Part shown: positions 9,393 through 19,400 of the stretch, piece after piece
How positions within the stretch are numbered: the first letter of the stretch is position 1
Layout: every line of letters starts with the position of its first letter
Origin: a bacterium
Lineage (GTDB): Bacteria > SZUA-182 > DTGQ01
Assembly (NCBI GenBank): GCA_040752695.1
Contig: JBFMGO010000001.1
Location: forward strand, 1-44,148
Reading direction: 5' to 3'
Length of the DNA stretch: 44,148 nucleotides
The notes under the pieces: model-generated
What the model was told of the DNA's origin: nothing
Databases searched by the model: none
The model's input: the letters and a program-made list of their open reading frames with translations, nothing else
Translations under genes and position numbers: made by a program

Positions 9393-11993
9393 ATGAGACA
9401 GATGAGGAGAAAATTTTTTTGTCTGCTGTTTGCTCTCGGCATGGCCGCAGTGCAGGCGGGGGGTGTTCAGGCAGCCGGTGTTTCCTTCACATTCGCTGCT
9501 GATTATGCAGTCGGGCATGAACCCCGGTCAGCCACACATACGGATTTTAACGGTGATGGGAAGGTGGATTTAGCGGTAGCCAATAAGGAAGACGGTACTA
9601 TCTCTATCCTTCTTGGCAATGGTAACGGCACCTTTGCCGAAGCCGTAAGTTACGCTGCGGGTGGGAAGGAGCCGTGCTCGATTGCGTCAGGGGATTTCAA
9701 TGGGGACCAGAAAGCGGATCTGGCCGTAGCCAATAGTAAATCTGAACCTGACAATATTTTTATTCTCCTTGGGAATGGTGATGGCACATTTGCAGCCTCC
9801 TTTGGTCTTGCGGCGGGGTATGAGCCTCGATCGGTCATATCGGCTGATTTTAACAAGGACGGCAAGGCTGATCTGGCTGTAGCCAGCGAGGTGTCCAACA
9901 GTGTCTTTATCCTTCTTGGCAGCGGTGATGGCAGATTTGCCCCGGCCGTTTCTTATGCAACGGGGAATAATCCCTACTGTGTCACCTCGGCGGATCTGAA
10001 CGGGGATAACAAGCCTGATCTGGCAGTAGCCAATGCGGGTTCGGCCACTGTCTCGGTGCTCTTTGGCGCAGGCGACGGCACTTTTGGCAAAGCGGCCAAT
10101 TATGCGACAGGAGGCGGCTGCCTGGCAGTCGTATCAGGAGATTTCAACAAGGATGGCAAAACAGATCTGGCTTCAGTCAACGAGGCAACTGACAGCGTTT
10201 CCATTCTCCTTGGGGCTGGCAGCGGCACCTTCGGCCCGGCAGTCAACTACACGGTGGGGGATGAACCACAGGCGATTACGGTAGGGAATTTCGATAAAGA
10301 CGGCCATCCGGATCTGGCAGTGGCCAACGGGTATTCGGCCACTGTCTCCATTCTCTCCGGTGCCGGTGACGGCACCTTTACAATGGCCGCTAACTATGCA
10401 ACCGGAGGTTCTCCGAAGGCGATCGTCTCGGAAGACTTCAACCGGGATGGCCAGGCGGATCTGGCCGTAGCCAATGAGAAGTATGATTGCGTTTCTGTGC
10501 TTTATGGGGCTGGTGATGGCACGTTTAACACGGCTATCAGCTATGAGGCGGGGCTTGAGCCTCAGTCGATCACGGCAGGGGATTTTAACGGGGATGGAAA
10601 AGTGGACCTGGCCGTGGCCAATGAAAAATCCTCTAACCTGTGCGTTTTCCTTGGCAATGGCAATGGTACCTATGGCGCTGCCGCTTATTATGAGGCAGGG
10701 CTTGAGCCTCATTCGGTCACGACAGGGGATTTCAATGGAGATGATAAGGAAGATCTGGCTGTGGCCAACAGCAAGTCCGATGACGTGTCCGTTTTCTTTG
10801 GCCATGGCGATGGCACTTTTGCCGCAGCGGTCAATTACGCGATCGGGTACGGGCCCCGGTCTGTCGTTTCGGGATATTTCAATGCAGATGGAAAGGCGGA
10901 TCTGGCCATAGCAAACGAGGGTTCCGACGATGTCGCCATTCTCCTGAGCGACAGCAACAGCAGCACGTCATTCCGGCCGGTTGCCCACTATAGGGCAGGA
11001 AACAATCCCGTGGCGATCACCAGTGGAGACTTTAACGGGGATGGCAAAAAAGATCTGGCCGTTGCGAACGCAAGTCCTCCAGCCGAAGGAGCATCAGCCG
11101 ATGTTTCTATTCTTATGGGGGCAGGTGATGGCACCTTTGCCGCAGCCAGGCACTATGCAGTGGGGAAAGATCCCCGATCGATTGCGGCAGGGGATTTTAA
11201 CGGGGACGGGAGGGACGATCTGGCCGTGGCCAATGAAGCCTCGAATGACGTCTCTGTTCTCCTTGGGACAGGTGATGGCACCTTCAAGCCGGCAGTCAAT
11301 TATGGTGCGGGAGATGATCCTCTGGCGATCACGGTGGCGGATCTTAACGGGGATGAAAGAGAGGATCTGGCCGTAGCCAATGAGGACTCGGATGATATTT
11401 CAATCTTTCTTGGCCGTTTGGACGGCACTTTTAGCGAAGCCGTGAGCTACAGGGCAGGGGCAGATCCCCAGGCGATAGTGGCAGGGGATTTTAATGGGGA
11501 CGGCAAGCAGGATCTGGCTGTAGCCAACGAGAAGTCCGGCAATGTCTTTGTTCTCATAAACAGCACGGTAAGCATTATCGTGACCCCGACCGCCGGCTTG
11601 ATAACGACTGAGGATGGCGGCGCTGTCGTTTTCACCATTGTTTTAACGGCCAAGCCCTCAGCCAACGTGATCATCGGGATTTCAACCAGTGACGAGACTG
11701 AAGGCAGAGTATCGCCCTCAAGCCTGACCTTCACACCCGGGAACTGGAACGACGCCCAGACGGTAATTGTAAGCGGCATTGATGATACTGCCGTTGATGG
11801 AGATATGGCCTATACGGTTATCACCGGCCCGGCAACGTCGGCTGACCAGAACTACAACGGCCTGGACCCTGATGATGTGTCAGTGATCAACCAGGATAAT
11901 GAAAAGGCCGACAAAACCGATGACGATGATAACGATAAGGATGATTCGACCGGTAATTGCTTCATAAGCACATTGCTTCACACCTGGAGGTAA
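9393..11993 (+). CDS. Secreted FG-GAP/VCBS repeat protein (14 repeats) with an Ig/Calx-beta-like domain and a CFI-box-like C-terminal tail
   Basis: 14 copies of DFNGDGKxDLAVAN; signal peptide [22 protein letters not shown]; acidic linker then [13 protein letters not shown]. Start moved from 9270 to ATG 9393 (or 9402) because of the AGGAGG RBS near 9375 and the signal peptide. Confidence 0.88.
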   Translation: MRQMRRKFFCLLFALGMAAVQAGGVQAAGVSFTFAADYAVGHEPRSATHTDFNGDGKVDLAVANKEDGTISILLGNGNGTFAEAVSYAAGGKEPCSIASGDFNGDQKADLAVANSKSEPDNIFILLGNGDGTFAASFGLAAGYEPRSVISADFNKDGKADLAVASEVSNSVFILLGSGDGRFAPAVSYATGNNPYCVTSADLNGDNKPDLAVANAGSATVSVLFGAGDGTFGKAANYATGGGCLAVVSGDFNKDGKTDLASVNEATDSVSILLGAGSGTFGPAVNYTVGDEPQAITVGNFDKDGHPDLAVANGYSATVSILSGAGDGTFTMAANYATGGSPKAIVSEDFNRDGQADLAVANEKYDCVSVLYGAGDGTFNTAISYEAGLEPQSITAGDFNGDGKVDLAVANEKSSNLCVFLGNGNGTYGAAAYYEAGLEPHSVTTGDFNGDDKEDLAVANSKSDDVSVFFGHGDGTFAAAVNYAIGYGPRSVVSGYFNADGKADLAIANEGSDDVAILLSDSNSSTSFRPVAHYRAGNNPVAITSGDFNGDGKKDLAVANASPPAEGASADVSILMGAGDGTFAAARHYAVGKDPRSIAAGDFNGDGRDDLAVANEASNDVSVLLGTGDGTFKPAVNYGAGDDPLAITVADLNGDEREDLAVANEDSDDISIFLGRLDGTFSEAVSYRAGADPQAIVAGDFNGDGKQDLAVANEKSGNVFVLINSTVSIIVTPTAGLITTEDGGAVVFTIVLTAKPSANVIIGISTSDETEGRVSPSSLTFTPGNWNDAQTVIVSGIDDTAVDGDMAYTVITGPATSADQNYNGLDPDDVSVINQDNEKADKTDDDDNDKDDSTGNCFISTLLHTWR

Positions 11994-12097
11994 AGAGAAG
12001 GAGTGAAGGGAAATCCGGAAAAAGAGCCGGAGAAACAAGGAAAGAGGGGTGGAAAAAATGCAGGCACACGAGAATGCACCCATGGAAAAACGAATGA

Positions 12098-12179
12098 TGC
12101 CGAAGGCGGGACTCGAACCCGCACGGAGTTACCCACTGCCCCCTCAAGACAGCGTGTCTGCCAGTTCCACCACTTCGGC
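12098..12179 (-). tRNA. tRNA-Leu (anticodon GAG); CCA end not encoded
   Basis: Reverse complement GCCGAAGTGGTGGAACTGGCAGACACGCTGTCTTGAGGGGGCAGTGGGTAACTCCGTGCGGGTTCGAGTCCCGCCTTCGGCA. Acceptor stem GCCGAAG/CTTCGGC, long variable arm and GTTCGA T-loop; followed by TCA rather than CCA. Confidence 0.95.
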
Positions 12180-12201
12180 TTATTGTACTCACTGATTGGG
12201 A

Positions 12202-12231
12202 ATTATTACCATACTATTACCTCCTTGTCAA
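12202..12231 (-). promoter_or_regulatory. Putative sigma-70 promoter for tRNA-Leu
   Basis: Minus strand TTGACA-17 nt-TAATAAT, just upstream of the tRNA 5' end. Confidence 0.55.
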
Positions 12232-12355
12232 GGAGATTTGAAGGGAAGGTCAGCCGAAAAAGGGGAGGCTCAAGGGAAAGTCAAAGAGTCAATGATGCGG
12301 GGGCACTCATACGGGTTGCCCCCTTACGACCTCTGCATCCAGGTCCAGTTATCGA

Positions 12356-12384
12356 TTGACAGGTACGGGAAAGCTTCGTATAAT
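12356..12384 (+). promoter_or_regulatory. Consensus sigma-70 promoter
   Basis: TTGACA-ggtacgggaaagcttcg (17 nt)-TATAAT, a perfect consensus ending 9 nt before ATG 12394. Confidence 0.8.
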
Positions 12385-12393
12385 AAGACCGTA

Positions 12394-12849
12394 ATGATGA
12401 CCAAAGAAGGATTCGATCACCTGATTATCCGTTGTCCCTCGCTGGGAGGGGAGGTGCCCTTTTCCTACTGCCGCAAGCAGGGGGAGGGGACCCCGTGTCC
12501 CCGGCTACCCGGCTGCTGGATTGATCGGGTAGATATTGAAGCCTATGTGGCATCTTTTTTTTCGCCCGAACACAGGAGTGCTTTTTTCGGACAGCCCCTT
12601 AAGGGGCGGATCGATACCCTTTTAGAAAATCTGGAAAGAGTAAGCAGCATGCAAAAAGAGCAAAAAATGCAAAAAGAGCAAAAGGAAAAACTGGTTGCCG
12701 CCATTCAAAAAGCGGTATCTGAAGGAAAGATTACGTGCGAGCGTGCCATGCAACTGGCTGATGAGCATCAGTTTCCCCGGCGGGAGATGGGGAGCCTTTT
12801 GGATGAAATGAAAATCAAGATCAGGGGCTGTCAGCTCGGCTGTTTTTAG
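12394..12849 (+). CDS. Small Cys-rich hypothetical protein, apparent two-domain fusion ending in CQLGCF
   Basis: N-domain RCPSLGGEVPFSYC...PCPRLPGCW; linker MQKEQK twice; C-domain ITCERA...KIRGCQLGCF. Start set at 12394, downstream of the promoter. Confidence 0.7.
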   Translation: MMTKEGFDHLIIRCPSLGGEVPFSYCRKQGEGTPCPRLPGCWIDRVDIEAYVASFFSPEHRSAFFGQPLKGRIDTLLENLERVSSMQKEQKMQKEQKEKLVAAIQKAVSEGKITCERAMQLADEHQFPRREMGSLLDEMKIKIRGCQLGCF

Positions 12850-12859
12850 GGAAAAACAC

Positions 12860-13792
12860 ATGAGTATACTCTTCGGTCCGGTTCCCTCCAGAAGGCTTGG
12901 CAGGTCTTTGGGTGTCGACATGGTCCCCTATAAAACCTGCTCCTTTAATTGCGTATACTGTGAATTAGGCCTGACAACCTGTCAAACCCTCCAGAGAACG
13001 TCCTTTTTGGATCTCGATCTTGCCATCCATGAATTGAAAGACCGGCTTAGTCAGTTATGCGGTGAGGTAGATTATATCACTCTGGCCGGATCGGGCGAAC
13101 CTACGCTCAATAGCGGCCTTGGAGAGCTGGTTTCGAGAATCAAGGGCCTGACGCATACCCCTGTTGCTGTTCTTACCAACAGCTCTTTGCTCTCCGATCC
13201 TGAGGTCAGGAAGGAATTGCTGGAAGTTGACCTCATCGTGCCTTCCCTGGATGCAGTGAGCCAAAAGGTCTTCGAACGGATAAACCTGCCGGTAGAAGGC
13301 ACAAGAGCGCAGGAGATTCTGGAAAGCCTGATTGCCCTGCGCAGGGAGTTTTCTGGCCAGATCTGGCTGGAGATTCTGTTTTGTCAGGGCATAAACGATC
13401 ATCCGTCCGAAGTGGAACTCCTGCGTCAGGCAGTGCAGAGCATTCGGCCGGATCAGGTTCAGCTTAATACGGTAGTCCGGCCCCCGGCTGTAAAGGGGAT
13501 TTTACCCTGCACGCCGGAAAAGATGCAGCAGCTTGCCGCTGTCCTGGACCAGGGAGCCGAGGTGGTAGGGCAGCGCTCTATCGGCTCAAGAGAGGTCTTT
13601 TTGTCCCGCTCTCTGCGAAAGCGGATCATCGAGATGCTCAAGCGAAGGCCCTGCACGCTGGAGGATATCGTTCAATCGGTAGGATTGGGCCGACTCGAAT
13701 TGCTCAAGGTGCTGGATGAACTGGTTCAGTCCAGGGTGCTCAAGGTGCACTCGTATGGCGGAAATACTTACTACCAGGCCCCCGGTAAGTAG
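12860..13792 (+). CDS. Radical SAM protein (TYW1-like Fe-S oxidoreductase group) with C-terminal HTH-like region
   Basis: FGPVPSRRLGRSLGVD, CSFNCVYC (CxxxCxxC) and GSGEPTL. Confidence 0.9.
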   Translation: MSILFGPVPSRRLGRSLGVDMVPYKTCSFNCVYCELGLTTCQTLQRTSFLDLDLAIHELKDRLSQLCGEVDYITLAGSGEPTLNSGLGELVSRIKGLTHTPVAVLTNSSLLSDPEVRKELLEVDLIVPSLDAVSQKVFERINLPVEGTRAQEILESLIALRREFSGQIWLEILFCQGINDHPSEVELLRQAVQSIRPDQVQLNTVVRPPAVKGILPCTPEKMQQLAAVLDQGAEVVGQRSIGSREVFLSRSLRKRIIEMLKRRPCTLEDIVQSVGLGRLELLKVLDELVQSRVLKVHSYGGNTYYQAPGK

Positions 13793-13802
13793 AGCCGCAA
13801 AG

Positions 13803-15713
13803 GTGAAAGCCAAAGGCCGTATTCTGAAGGTTCTTTTCATCTTTTTTTTGTCCTTGACGCTGTGGAGTGTCCTGCCCTCTGATCCCTGTCTGTGTCTTCC
13901 TGTCACGATCATCAGACAGGTCATTTCTCCCGGTATTCTGGCAGCAAGAAAAAAGGAAAATGACCGTATTCCGGAATTACCTACCTTTCGCGCCCCAATT
14001 CTTCAGGAAAAGCGCAAGATCATTCCCGTGGCGGATGTTCCATACAACTCAAGGCTGTCGAGGGCCAGACAATGTGTAATACAAAACCTGGCCGAATCAG
14101 GGATTTTAAAGACACTGATCGAAGTCATGCGGAAAGTGCCCAACCTTCCCTACCTGCAAAATGGCCGGGCGAATAAGGAGCTTCTGGAAGAAATCGGCCT
14201 GCCGGTCAGACTGCTGAGCTGCTTCTTTTGTGACGATCCACCGGTAGCCGGCCTTGATCAGGTTGTGGCCGCCCTTGAGAGGCAGGCTCTTTCGAAAAAT
14301 CAAAGGAGTTTGAAATCCCCAAAGTGGAAATTCAACTATGTTCCCTCCCTGCCCGGCTTCAAGCTGATGCCCGAAAACGGCGTTTGCCGGATCGAGGCCC
14401 TAAGGATGCAGCTTTATCCCCTGGAGTACATAAAGGGGCCGGGAGATGGCTGCATTACGGATATCGTGCGCCAGATGCTCCTTTGCACTTCTCGTGAAAA
14501 GTTTCTTATCTCGGTTTCTCCCGAAGAGCTCACCCCCCTGACCGGTTTGCTTCAGGAATGGAATGTACCACGGCCTGAGCGGATTATCCTGCTTGAGGAT
14601 GAAAGTGTATCTTCCCAGTGGGCTCAGGACAATTGCAAAACAGGTGTTCTTTACAACCACTGGGGAAGGGGTCGGGAATACATTACCCTGGTGCCCAGGT
14701 TTGCCAGCGCCGGGGAAGATTACAGCGAGTACAGGCCTGCGGAATCTTTTGTCTTTGACCAGGTCCAGCGGGCCGGATGGCGGGTTGTGCAATCTCCGTT
14801 GCTGTTTCAGGGAGGAAACGTATTGCCGGTCAAGAACCCGAAAACCGGAGAACTGACTGTGTTCGCAGGCCAGGCCGAACTCGTCCGCAACATCAGGCTC
14901 GGCCTTAAGGAGGACGAAGTGCAAGAGGCCCTGGCTAGGGAATGGGGAGCTGACCGGATCGAGATTTTACCACCCCTTTCCTTCCACATCGACCTTGAGG
15001 TGTCTTTCCGCTGGCACCGGGGAAGGATGATCGCTTTCATCAATGACTCCATGGCTGCCGCCCGGCTGATTGTCAAATGCGGAATTCAGGGGTTGTTTTC
15101 CTGCTCCGTGCTCACCGAATCCGAGGCCCGGAAATTGACCTTCTGGCTGGAACATGCGGAGCAGGAGGACCGGCTTTTGCAGATTCTGTGGCATAAAGTC
15201 AATGAGTTTCGCGACGAGGAGGGACAGTTTGCCTCAAATAAGGATGATTTTTTCGTGATTTCAGCCGAGGAGTCCGGAAGAACCAACCTGTCTCGTTTTC
15301 TCCTGGGACTGGACCTTTTGAGTGCAGCCCACCGGGAGAAAGAGAAATTCTGGGCAAAACTGGCGGATCAGGATGCCCGCGAGGACCTTTTCGATTACTA
15401 CCGGCTTCTCCTGGAGCGGGAGGAGCAGCGGGATCAGTTAAAAAAACGGCTCTTGTCTTTAGGGATTGAAGTCATTCCTCTTCCCAGTACCAGCGATGAT
15501 GATGTGAGTTTGAATTACCTCAATGCGGTACACGATCTGGACGCCATCTATTTACCGGCTCTGGGGGGCATGTTTCAGGAGATGGATCGAAAGGTTCTTG
15601 AGATGGTAAAGGGCTCGATCGGGAACAGCGTGAAGATCCATCTGATTCGAAATTCCTCAACACAGTCCCAATGCGGGGGAGTTCACTGCTCGGTGTCCGT
15701 GTACGGTCGCTAG
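13803..15713 (+). CDS. Exported pentein-superfamily protein (agmatine/peptidylarginine deiminase-like)
   Basis: Ordered motifs WAQD, QGGN, FHID, NYLN and C-terminal GGVHC; hydrophobic N-terminal segment. Start GTG 13803 chosen to avoid overlap with the radical SAM gene. Confidence 0.65.
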   Translation: MKAKGRILKVLFIFFLSLTLWSVLPSDPCLCLPVTIIRQVISPGILAARKKENDRIPELPTFRAPILQEKRKIIPVADVPYNSRLSRARQCVIQNLAESGILKTLIEVMRKVPNLPYLQNGRANKELLEEIGLPVRLLSCFFCDDPPVAGLDQVVAALERQALSKNQRSLKSPKWKFNYVPSLPGFKLMPENGVCRIEALRMQLYPLEYIKGPGDGCITDIVRQMLLCTSREKFLISVSPEELTPLTGLLQEWNVPRPERIILLEDESVSSQWAQDNCKTGVLYNHWGRGREYITLVPRFASAGEDYSEYRPAESFVFDQVQRAGWRVVQSPLLFQGGNVLPVKNPKTGELTVFAGQAELVRNIRLGLKEDEVQEALAREWGADRIEILPPLSFHIDLEVSFRWHRGRMIAFINDSMAAARLIVKCGIQGLFSCSVLTESEARKLTFWLEHAEQEDRLLQILWHKVNEFRDEEGQFASNKDDFFVISAEESGRTNLSRFLLGLDLLSAAHREKEKFWAKLADQDAREDLFDYYRLLLEREEQRDQLKKRLLSLGIEVIPLPSTSDDDVSLNYLNAVHDLDAIYLPALGGMFQEMDRKVLEMVKGSIGNSVKIHLIRNSSTQSQCGGVHCSVSVYGR

Positions 15714-15942
15714 ATGACGGGGATGTCTGGCGATAGGTGGATCGAAAGCGGCCCCTGCGCAGCCGTTTTTGGATAATGGCTTGAAAACCCTGGTCCGGGG
15801 ACGATGAAGACGAATACCCGGACCGAAGACCGTTATACGAATATTCCGCCAAAGAAGCCCTTGGACGAGATCCGCTGCAAAAGAAGATGGCGGCCATGAG
15901 CCCAAGGGCCAATCCATACCTCTCTAAAAAGTACCTGACCAT
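15520..15942 (-). CDS. Possible small exported protein or truncated gene
   Basis: Signal-like N-terminus, purine-rich RBS region (AAGGAGAAAGAAGG) and an upstream promoter, but it overlaps the 3' end of the opposite-strand gene by 194 nt. Confidence 0.3.
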   Translation of the reverse strand: MVRYFLERYGLALGLMAAIFFCSGSRPRASLAEYSYNGLRSGYSSSSSPDQGFQAIIQKRLRRGRFRSTYRQTSPSSSDRTRTPSSELPRIGTVLRNFESDGSSRCSRSSPLPSQEPFDPSPETCPPEPVNRWRPDRVPH

Positions 15943-16058
15943 AGGTGTTTTTACCTTCTTTCTCCTTATTAATTTTGCGTCTTGCGCCTTATCCTTTCAT
16001 GGTATGCATTATTTCTCTGTATACGTTGTTTCTCTATTTCCTTTACGCATAATGTAAA

Positions 16059-16087
16059 ATAGTAGTGAGATTGTCTATTTTTGTCAA
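16059..16087 (-). promoter_or_regulatory. Putative sigma-70 promoter (leftward)
   Basis: Minus strand TTGACA-17 nt-TACTAT. Confidence 0.55.
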
Positions 16088-16190
16088 GATATAACAGTGG
16101 GCATAGATATTCCCTTTTTGCCCGGATTAAAGTACCCTCAAAGAGAATATCGGAAGATAATCCCGATGAAGGTCTCGCGCTCTTTCATAT

Positions 16191-16220
16191 TTGACAGGGA
16201 GAGTTTTTATTCGGTATATT
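16191..16220 (+). promoter_or_regulatory. Putative sigma-70 promoter for the large cytochrome gene
   Basis: TTGACA-18 nt-TATATT. Confidence 0.45.
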
Positions 16221-16329
16221 GTTTATATATGATTATACTAAATTACACCGTTTGAATGCCAAAGGTCAGGCTCAAGATGTATGTTCCTCTGCCTTTATGC
16301 TTCATTATGGTCAGCATGTGGAGAAAAAG

Positions 16330-16401
16330 ATGAACGGAAAAGAAAACGGTTTTACTCTCATAAAGCTAAGAGAGAGGATTTATGATGAAAAAGATAAATG
16401 A
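16330..16401 (+). pseudogene. Possible type IV prepilin N-terminal remnant
   Basis: GGAG RBS then MNGKENGFTLIKL, one base change (GAG to AAG) from GFTLIEL; no hydrophobic helix follows. Confidence 0.4.
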
Positions 16402-19400
16402 CCTCGTAAGGGATTTGCTACTCTCAGGAAATTTGAAACATGAAACGAGAAACTGGTTTGCTGCTGACAGCCGAAAGCTGAAAACTGAGGGCAGTTTTTA
16501 CTGGAAGCCTGAAACTCGAAACTTGAAACTGTTGTTATTGGTGTTTGCCGTCTTTTTGTTTGCTGCCTTGCCGTCTTTGTCTTTTGCTGCCTGGACGATT
16601 GAGTCGGTAGATGCGCCAAAGTATTTTGAACAAATGTCTCCGCGGTCAATCGCGATTGAAAAGACCACCAACCGCCCACATATTGCTTATGGTGGAGATC
16701 ACTTATATCATGCTTATTATGACGGAACCCAGTGGCGGTATGAAATCATCGATAACTCCCCAAGTGTAGGAAAATATGCATCAATAGCCATAGATTCAAA
16801 CAATAAGGTACATATTAGTTATTACGATTACGTAAATAGAAGCCTCAAATATGCAACAAATCTTTCCGGTTCATGGGTGATATCAGAAATAGACAGCTAT
16901 GCTGATGCGGGGCTGGGATGCTCTATCGCTCTTGATTCGAACGATAAAGTACACATAAGCTACATGAATTGGGTTATACGTTCCTTAAAATATGCCACAA
17001 ATGCCTCGGGGGCGTGGATTACTGCAACTGTTGATAGTTCAGTGCAGGTTGGGGATACCACCTCGCTAGCTATAGATTCAAGTAATGGAATTCATATAAG
17101 TTATCATGACTCTACCAACCAACACCTCAAGTATGCCACAAATACTTCCGGGTCGTGGGTTACTTCTACCGTTGACTCGGCTTATTTAGTCGGAGGTTGG
17201 TCTTCAATAGCTATAGATTCAAACAAGAAGATTCATATCAGTTGCCGTGATTACGGCAACGATGATCTTAAATATGTCACAAATACTTCAGGCGCTTGGG
17301 TTGCGACAACCCTGGATAGTATGGGACAAGTGGGGATATATACCTCTTTAGCAATAGATTCAACCAATAAGGTGCATATTGGTTATTACGATTTCACCAA
17401 CGGGGATCTAAAATATATTACAAATGTGACTGGCGCGTGGGTCAGGTCCATTATTGATAGCGCAGGCAATGTTGGAGTCTATCCCTCAATTATTATCGAT
17501 TCAAGCAATAAGGTACACATAAGCTATGGCGGCCAATATAGCGGCGATCTCAAGTATACCACAAATGTATCGGGCTCATGGGTTATTTCTACCGTTGACC
17601 ATGGGAGTAATGAGGGTCGTTATAATTCTATTGCTGTTGATTCTAATAACAAAATTCATATCAGCTATTCTGGTAACAACAATCTTAGATATGCAACGGA
17701 TGCCTCTGGCGCATGGGTCACTTCCACCATAGATTCGGGAGACGATGGAAGTTATGTGGGTTTATTTAGTTCCATAGCTGTTGACTCAAACAACAAGGTA
17801 TATATCAGCTATCAAGATTACCCCAACAGGGGCCTCAAATATGCCACGAATGCCTCAGACTCGTGGACGACTTCTACAATATACCCCAATGGGGGCTCAT
17901 ATACATCCATAGCCCTTGACTCAAACAACAAGGTACATATTAGTTTCGAAAATAACGGCCTGAAATATATTACAAATATATCAGGTGCGTGGACCGTAAC
18001 AAGCATTGATAGCCCACAAATAGGGGCAACGTCCATCGCCATAGATTCCAATAACAAAGTGCATATTAGCTACTATGACAGAACTAATCTCGATCTCAAG
18101 TATGCCACAAACGTTTCTGGTTCATGGGTAAATTATGTGATAGACAGCTCAGAAGATAAAGGAGAAGGATGTGCCATCGCTCTTGATTCGAACGATAAAG
18201 TGCACATAAGCTACCGTGATCGAAGCAGTCATAAACTTAGATATGCCACCAATATGTCCGGATCTTGGGTTACGTCCATCATTGAAAGTATCGAAGCCTT
18301 GCAAACGTCAATTGCTGTCGATGAAAACAATAAGGTACACATCGGTTATCTCAATTATGTAAACGGTGATCTTAAGTATGCTACGAATGTTTCGGGATTG
18401 TGGACTACGTCAACAGTTGATTCAATAGGTATCGTAGGCTGGTATCCATCCATAGTCCTTGATAAAAATAATATTGTACATATTAGCTATTATGATTATG
18501 GCAACGAAGATCTAAAACATGCCTTCGCTGATACGATCCCGCCCATTACTACTGCATTACCGCAAGGAGGAATATATAATTCTGCTCAGAGTGTTACACT
18601 GAGCTGTAATGATGACACCGGCTCAGGGTGTAACGCGACATATTACTGCTACGGGTCAGACTGCACGCCTACAACGGCATATAGTGGTGTGATTACCATA
18701 TCCAGTTCAACCAGTTTGCGATTCTATTCTCTTGACATAGCGGGCAATAGTGAACAAACAAAGACGGAAATCTATACCATAGCTTATGCAGTCACCCCAT
18801 CGGCTGGAGCAGGTGGCAGTATTAGCCCATCAACCCCGCAAACAGTGAATCATGGATCAACTACATCATTCACAATAACACCGGATGCTGGTTATCACAT
18901 CGTTTCGGTCGCTGGCTGTGGAGGGACGTTATCGGGTAATACCTACACAACAGGCCCAATCACAGCGGATTGTTCCGTGTCGGCAATCTTTGCGATCGAT
19001 ACCTATACGGTGACCCCATCGGCTGGAGCAGGTGGCAGTATCAGCCCATCAACCCCGCAAACAGTGAATCATGGATCAGCCACATCATTCACAGTAACAC
19101 CGGATGCTGGTTATCACATCGTTTCGGTAACTGGCTGTGGAGGGACGCTATCGGGTAATACCTACACAACAGGCCCAATCACAGCGGATTGTTCCGTGTC
19201 GGCAATCTTTGCGATCGATACCTATACGGTGACCCCATCGGCTGGAGCAGGTGGCAGTATCAGCCCATCAACCCCGCAAACAGTGGAATACAATTCAACT
19301 ATATCCTTTACCATAATCCCTGATCCAGGCTATCACATAGCAGATGTTATCGTAGATGGTTCATCGATAGGGGCAGTAACTACCTATACATTTACGAATA

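Noticed and set aside
12060..12179. tRNA-Leu as an integration site for a genomic island
   Set aside because: No integrase is present and I saw no duplicated tRNA 3' end in the window.
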